30,169 nucleotides of DNA from a virus (lineage: Duplodnaviria > Caudoviricetes), in IMG/VR virus record IMGVR_UViG_3300044266_000076, positions 1-30,169 of that record, one strand, 5' to 3'. Made by a program: the position numbers and the translations under genes. Below the pieces are notes generated by a model. That model saw nothing but the letters and a program-made list of their open reading frames with translations. It did not search any database and was not told the origin of the DNA. Below are positions 27,339 through 30,169 of this stretch, piece after piece (the first letter of the stretch is position 1; each line of letters begins with the position of its first letter).

Positions 27339-27374
27339 AAAAAGGGGCAGCAGCTTGTTTGGCTGCCGCCCCTT
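27339..27374 (-). terminator. rho-independent terminator after the head genes
   Basis: The minus strand reads AAGGGGCGGCAGC-CAAACAA-GCTGCTGCCCC-TTTTT. Confidence 0.85.
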
Positions 27375-27439
27375 GTTTATTTCATCCCCATTGCAGGGTA
27401 ACGAGAGCCGCCTTTACGTACTCAACGTTGGGTGGAGTG

Positions 27440-27913
27440 TTATTCGTATTCCACGACAATGGTGGCATCACCCGCTGTGTAGGTACCTGTGATGGTCAGG
27501 AACAGGTCGGTAGCAGCCGCGTACACTTTCGGGAAGCGCATCGCTGTCGTATCCGTACCCGCCGCAACATACACGCCGGAACCCACAATTTCAGCACCCG
27601 CAGTCAGGCTGGCAGTCGGAGCGTTGGTCGAGCTAATCCAACCACCGGCTGTCGTACCGTCACCAAACTGCAAGTTGGTGCCACCCACCCACGCTGTGCC
27701 GACGTGCAGTCGGACACGGCGCACTGCTGAACCTGCGGGAACCGTAATCTTGGCACCCGAAGCACCGCTGGTGGATTGATATGTAACTTGAAGTCGAGCT
27801 TCTTTGATGGTGCCGAATTGCTTTGCTACACCGCCTACGTTGCGTTCGGCGTAGTTGCCGCCGTAGCCAACAGTCAGGCCATCACTATTCGTCCAAGTAG
27901 CTGCACGAGTCAT
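27440..27913 (-). CDS. putative capsid decoration/minor head protein
   Basis: Directly follows the capsid gene and precedes the terminator; WTNSDGL N-terminus; G/T/A-rich; RBS GAGGGAG. Confidence 0.6.
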   Translation of the reverse strand: MTRAATWTNSDGLTVGYGGNYAERNVGGVAKQFGTIKEARLQVTYQSTSGASGAKITVPAGSAVRRVRLHVGTAWVGGTNLQFGDGTTAGGWISSTNAPTASLTAGAEIVGSGVYVAAGTDTTAMRFPKVYAAATDLFLTITGTYTAGDATIVVEYE

Positions 27914-27929
27914 ATTAAGTCTCCCTCAA

Positions 27930-28910
27930 TTAGATTGTGTTCTTGGAGAGAACAGTGACCAGCGCTTCCGGACGATAGAGCTTGAGTCCATAGCGAGCGT
28001 TCATCACGTACTCATCACGACGGAGGTCTTTGTTTCGTTCAAACTCGACACGCGGCATTTGACGCCACGCACCTTTGAACGGAGTTTCATCCCCACCGAA
28101 GCTGAAGAACAGGTTGGCAACTGCACCACTCGGAGACGTAATCGAACCACGGCTGTCAGCGTTGATCGCCTCAGTACCTGTGATTGTCGGCAGGTAGTTG
28201 GAGACGTACACGTCAAAGCCGTAGATGTTACGAATAAACCGCAGGCCAGTTGTCGGGCCGTTGTTTGTCATACCCGTTTCAATCAGCCCCTGGAATTGCG
28301 GGTTGTTCTGAACCGAAGTCAGGTTGGTCAGGGTGTTGATGACAAACTCTTGCGACGGATCAATAATTGCAATCCGCTGCGCCGTAACAGCCGCTTTGTC
28401 CAGAGCAAACTTCGCCTGAGCAAAGTCGTTCAGAGACAGAACAGTGTTGGTCGAACCCGATGCAACGAAGCGGTGAGCCGCACCGTTGATGGTGTTCGGG
28501 TTGGCTGCGGTCTGCGAGCTTTGCAGCGCAAGAATGTTCGTTTCAAGGTTTTCTTCAATTGCCCGTTTCATGCGCGGCAGGAACGCAGCAATCAACTGGT
28601 CAGCGTAGTAGCTGTCCTGTTTCGCTTTGTCCGTGATGTAGGTAGCCGCTTCAACATATTGGTTGATGGTGAACGTGAAGTTACCAGTGCCAAGAGCGTC
28701 GTAAACAACGGGGTCTGTTTCGCTAACGTTCCGCATCGGAATATCACCGATAGACGGAATGTTGAATGTCGTGCCATCCGGAAAGTTGGTCATCCAGTTG
28801 ACGTATTTGTTCGCCATCAGGATGTCGCGGAGAATCTCTTTGAGTTGATCCGTCCACAGATTGGCACGTACGAGGTTAGTGGATACACCACTGTAGTCCA
28901 TCGCAGGCAT
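27930..28910 (-). CDS. major capsid protein
   Basis: 326 aa; FPDGTTFNIPSIG, IYGFDVYVSN and RYGLKLYRPE; follows a scaffold-like gene. Confidence 0.88.
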   Translation of the reverse strand: MPAMDYSGVSTNLVRANLWTDQLKEILRDILMANKYVNWMTNFPDGTTFNIPSIGDIPMRNVSETDPVVYDALGTGNFTFTINQYVEAATYITDKAKQDSYYADQLIAAFLPRMKRAIEENLETNILALQSSQTAANPNTINGAAHRFVASGSTNTVLSLNDFAQAKFALDKAAVTAQRIAIIDPSQEFVINTLTNLTSVQNNPQFQGLIETGMTNNGPTTGLRFIRNIYGFDVYVSNYLPTITGTEAINADSRGSITSPSGAVANLFFSFGGDETPFKGAWRQMPRVEFERNKDLRRDEYVMNARYGLKLYRPEALVTVLSKNTI

Positions 28911-28931
28911 TTCTTCTTCCTTGCTTTATTG

Positions 28932-29696
28932 TTATTGGCTGCGACCAAAGAACTTGTCTTGGTCGGCAATTGCCGCTTTGTGCATCTGTGATTGGACTGC
29001 TTGCGAGTAATACTGGTCAGGCTTTGTACGACGAAGGTTGTCGTAATATTCCTTGCAGTTGGGGTCGAGTGCGCGTCCCGACTGTGTGACTTCGCTCAGA
29101 GCAGCCGTGTTGACAGAAGTTGATCCGTCAACTTGTGTTCCAACAGGCGCTGTCGGTTTGTGGAACACTGCAACAAACTTCTCAGGACTAACAGACGCAA
29201 GCTCTGTAAGAGCACGTTTGAGTTCCGGAGTCGTGGCTTCTTTGTTAAAAACTTCCTGGGCCTTATCCCCAAAAAGCTTTTTCATTGCAGCATCCGACGC
29301 CGAGAGATTGGCAGCACGAGTACGCTGCGTCTCCATCCCAGTCAGTGTGTTGCTCACGATTTTGGCTACATCAGCGGCTGTGAGTCCTTGACTCGTACTA
29401 CCGTGGTCTTCGGTAGCTGCCTGCGGTTCTGCCTTCAACCGTTCCAAAACGCTATCAAGGGTTGTAGCTTCAGCCACCTTGCCACGCAGTTCGGCGTTCT
29501 CGGATTTCAACTTCTCCGCAAACTCGTCAACGTGGACGTAGGCTTTAGCCAAGTCCTCAATGGTTTTGTACTTGCGGCCTTCGCCAACAAGTAGTGCTAC
29601 TGCTTCCGGAAGAGTGTCGCTCTTAGGAGCAGGGGTTTGATTCGGGGATTGCGACTGGTCAGCCGCAGAGAAAAGCGAAGTGTCTTTGTCAGACAT
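28932..29696 (-). CDS. capsid scaffolding protein
   Basis: LVGEGRKYKTIEDLAKAY followed by a coiled coil; immediately upstream of the capsid gene; ATG 29696. Confidence 0.75.
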   Translation of the reverse strand: MSDKDTSLFSAADQSQSPNQTPAPKSDTLPEAVALLVGEGRKYKTIEDLAKAYVHVDEFAEKLKSENAELRGKVAEATTLDSVLERLKAEPQAATEDHGSTSQGLTAADVAKIVSNTLTGMETQRTRAANLSASDAAMKKLFGDKAQEVFNKEATTPELKRALTELASVSPEKFVAVFHKPTAPVGTQVDGSTSVNTAALSEVTQSGRALDPNCKEYYDNLRRTKPDQYYSQAVQSQMHKAAIADQDKFFGRSQ

Positions 29697-29735
29697 TGAG
29701 TACACCTAGTTATTGCAATGGTGTACTTCTGAATT

Positions 29736-29810
29736 TGGAGCGTCCCGTAGGGATCGAACCTACTTACACCTGCTTGGAAGGCAGAGTCCTAACCAATCGG
29801 ACAGAGACGC
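29736..29810 (-). tRNA. tRNA-Gly(TCC)
   Basis: GCGTCTC...GGGACGC-T-CCA acceptor with G1-C72, C2-G71, G3-C70 and U73; anticodon loop CT-TCC-AA; T arm GTAGG-TTCGATC-CCTAC; 75 nt. Confidence 0.88.
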
Positions 29811-29847
29811 ATCAACCCCTTAGACAACAAAAGCTGAAAAAAGTTCC

Positions 29848-30099
29848 CTACTTATCAACAGTTGCTGGTAGTAAAGCTAACACCTTATCTATCAGTTGTA
29901 TCTGTACAAGCTCACTAACCAATGCAACATAATGATTTGGTGTACTAAAATCAGTAGGGCTAACTTTACCAAGGTCTTTTTTCATGTTCTTAAGAACATC
30001 AGCCAAAGGCTGAAGAACGTAGGAAGAGTTGTTCCAAGTCTTCTCCCAGTCTTCATTGGTCACATCATTTGGCTTTGCCGCCATTAGTAGCGAGTTCAT
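29848..30099 (-). CDS. hypothetical protein
   Basis: 83 aa; ATGA overlap with the upstream gene. Confidence 0.7.
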   Translation of the reverse strand: MNSLLMAAKPNDVTNEDWEKTWNNSSYVLQPLADVLKNMKKDLGKVSPTDFSTPNHYVALVSELVQIQLIDKVLALLPATVDK

Positions 30100-30169
30100 G
30101 CAGGTACAGGTTCTCCAGGTTCAGCCACAGTGTCAGGAGCTTCTGTTGCTTCCTGTGCTTGGTCGGGAT
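30096..30169 (-). CDS. C-terminal end of an upstream gene, probably the portal (truncated by the window)
   Basis: Reads PDQAQEATEAPDTVAEPGEPVPA-stop; identity inferred from synteny only. Confidence 0.45.
   Translation of the reverse strand, partial: PDQAQEATEAPDTVAEPGEPVPA

Larger units (their letters stand above)
517..29997. repeat. Dispersed 12-bp palindrome GTTCYTARGAAC (extended YGTTCYTARGAACR), 22 exact copies
   Basis: Copies start at 517, 2022, 2703, 3615, 5151, 6117, 7180, 7973, 9628, 10712, 11672, 13543, 15040, 15682, 16832, 18337, 19494, 21546, 22839, 23624, 26762 and 29986. One-mismatch variants are at 4749, 14363, 15235, 17604 and 19128, and a symmetric two-mismatch variant GCTCTTAGGAGC is at 29619. 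Found by manual scan. Confidence 0.97.
1..30169. mobile_element. Segment of a temperate podovirus-like phage genome, apparently in non-integrated form
   Basis: Replication genes lie on + and virion genes on -, converging at a bidirectional terminator near 13.65 kb. An integrase and att core have phage genes on both sides. No host housekeeping genes are visible. Confidence 0.95.

Noticed and set aside
2491-28991. Long alternative-frame or antisense ORFs (e.g. 2491-3234, 18462-19121, 21754-22476, 27074-27730, 28059-28991)
   Set aside because: They overlap well-supported genes and show no recognisable motifs, so they are treated as shadow ORFs.
13557-29810. tRNA-Gly(TCC) and tRNA-Thr(TGT) supplied to decode the GGA-ACA codons created by the palindrome
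   Set aside because: Only a handful of codons are involved, too few to drive tRNA retention; likely coincidence.
517-29997. The palindrome as a CRISPR repeat, REP element or IS end
   Set aside because: Copies are only 12-14 bp, separated by 0.6-3.2 kb, mostly in frame within genes, and share no flanking sequence. There are no spacers and no transposase.
517-29997. The palindrome as a LexA box or a restriction site
   Set aside because: The Gram-positive SOS box is GAAC-N4-GTTC, the opposite half-site order, and the alphaproteobacterial box is a direct repeat. The internal 6-mers vary (CCTAGG, CTTAAG, CCTAAG), so a single restriction site does not explain the fixed 12 bp.

Overview
This window is a 30-kb internal segment of a tailed dsDNA phage with podovirus architecture. 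Two gene arms converge on a central bidirectional terminator, a layout reminiscent of Zobellviridae/SIO1-like phages (the family assignment is inference). The + arm encodes a CobT-like vWA protein, a CobS/MoxR-like AAA+ ATPase, a DUF4224-type excisionase-like protein, a tyrosine integrase, an attP built on the 3' half of tRNA-Asp(GTC), primase, DnaB-like helicase, family A DNA polymerase, a putative SSB, two exonucleases, an HNH nuclease, a class II ribonucleotide reductase and tRNA-Thr. The - arm encodes the probable portal end, tRNA-Gly, scaffold, major capsid, tail tube proteins and internal virion proteins, one with a lytic transglycosylase and one 1984-aa protein with ADP-ribosyltransferase-like and zincin-like domains, plus a DUF5675 protein. 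The most striking unexplained signal is a 12-bp palindrome, GTTCYTARGAAC, found in 22 exact copies by eye. The copies are spread fairly evenly (no gap under 642 bp), and 19 are written into coding sequences in two frames on both arms. A second oddity is an unannotated 47-aa ORF right after the reductase that ends in a synonymously recoded copy of the reductase C-terminal tail, KGGTCGS.
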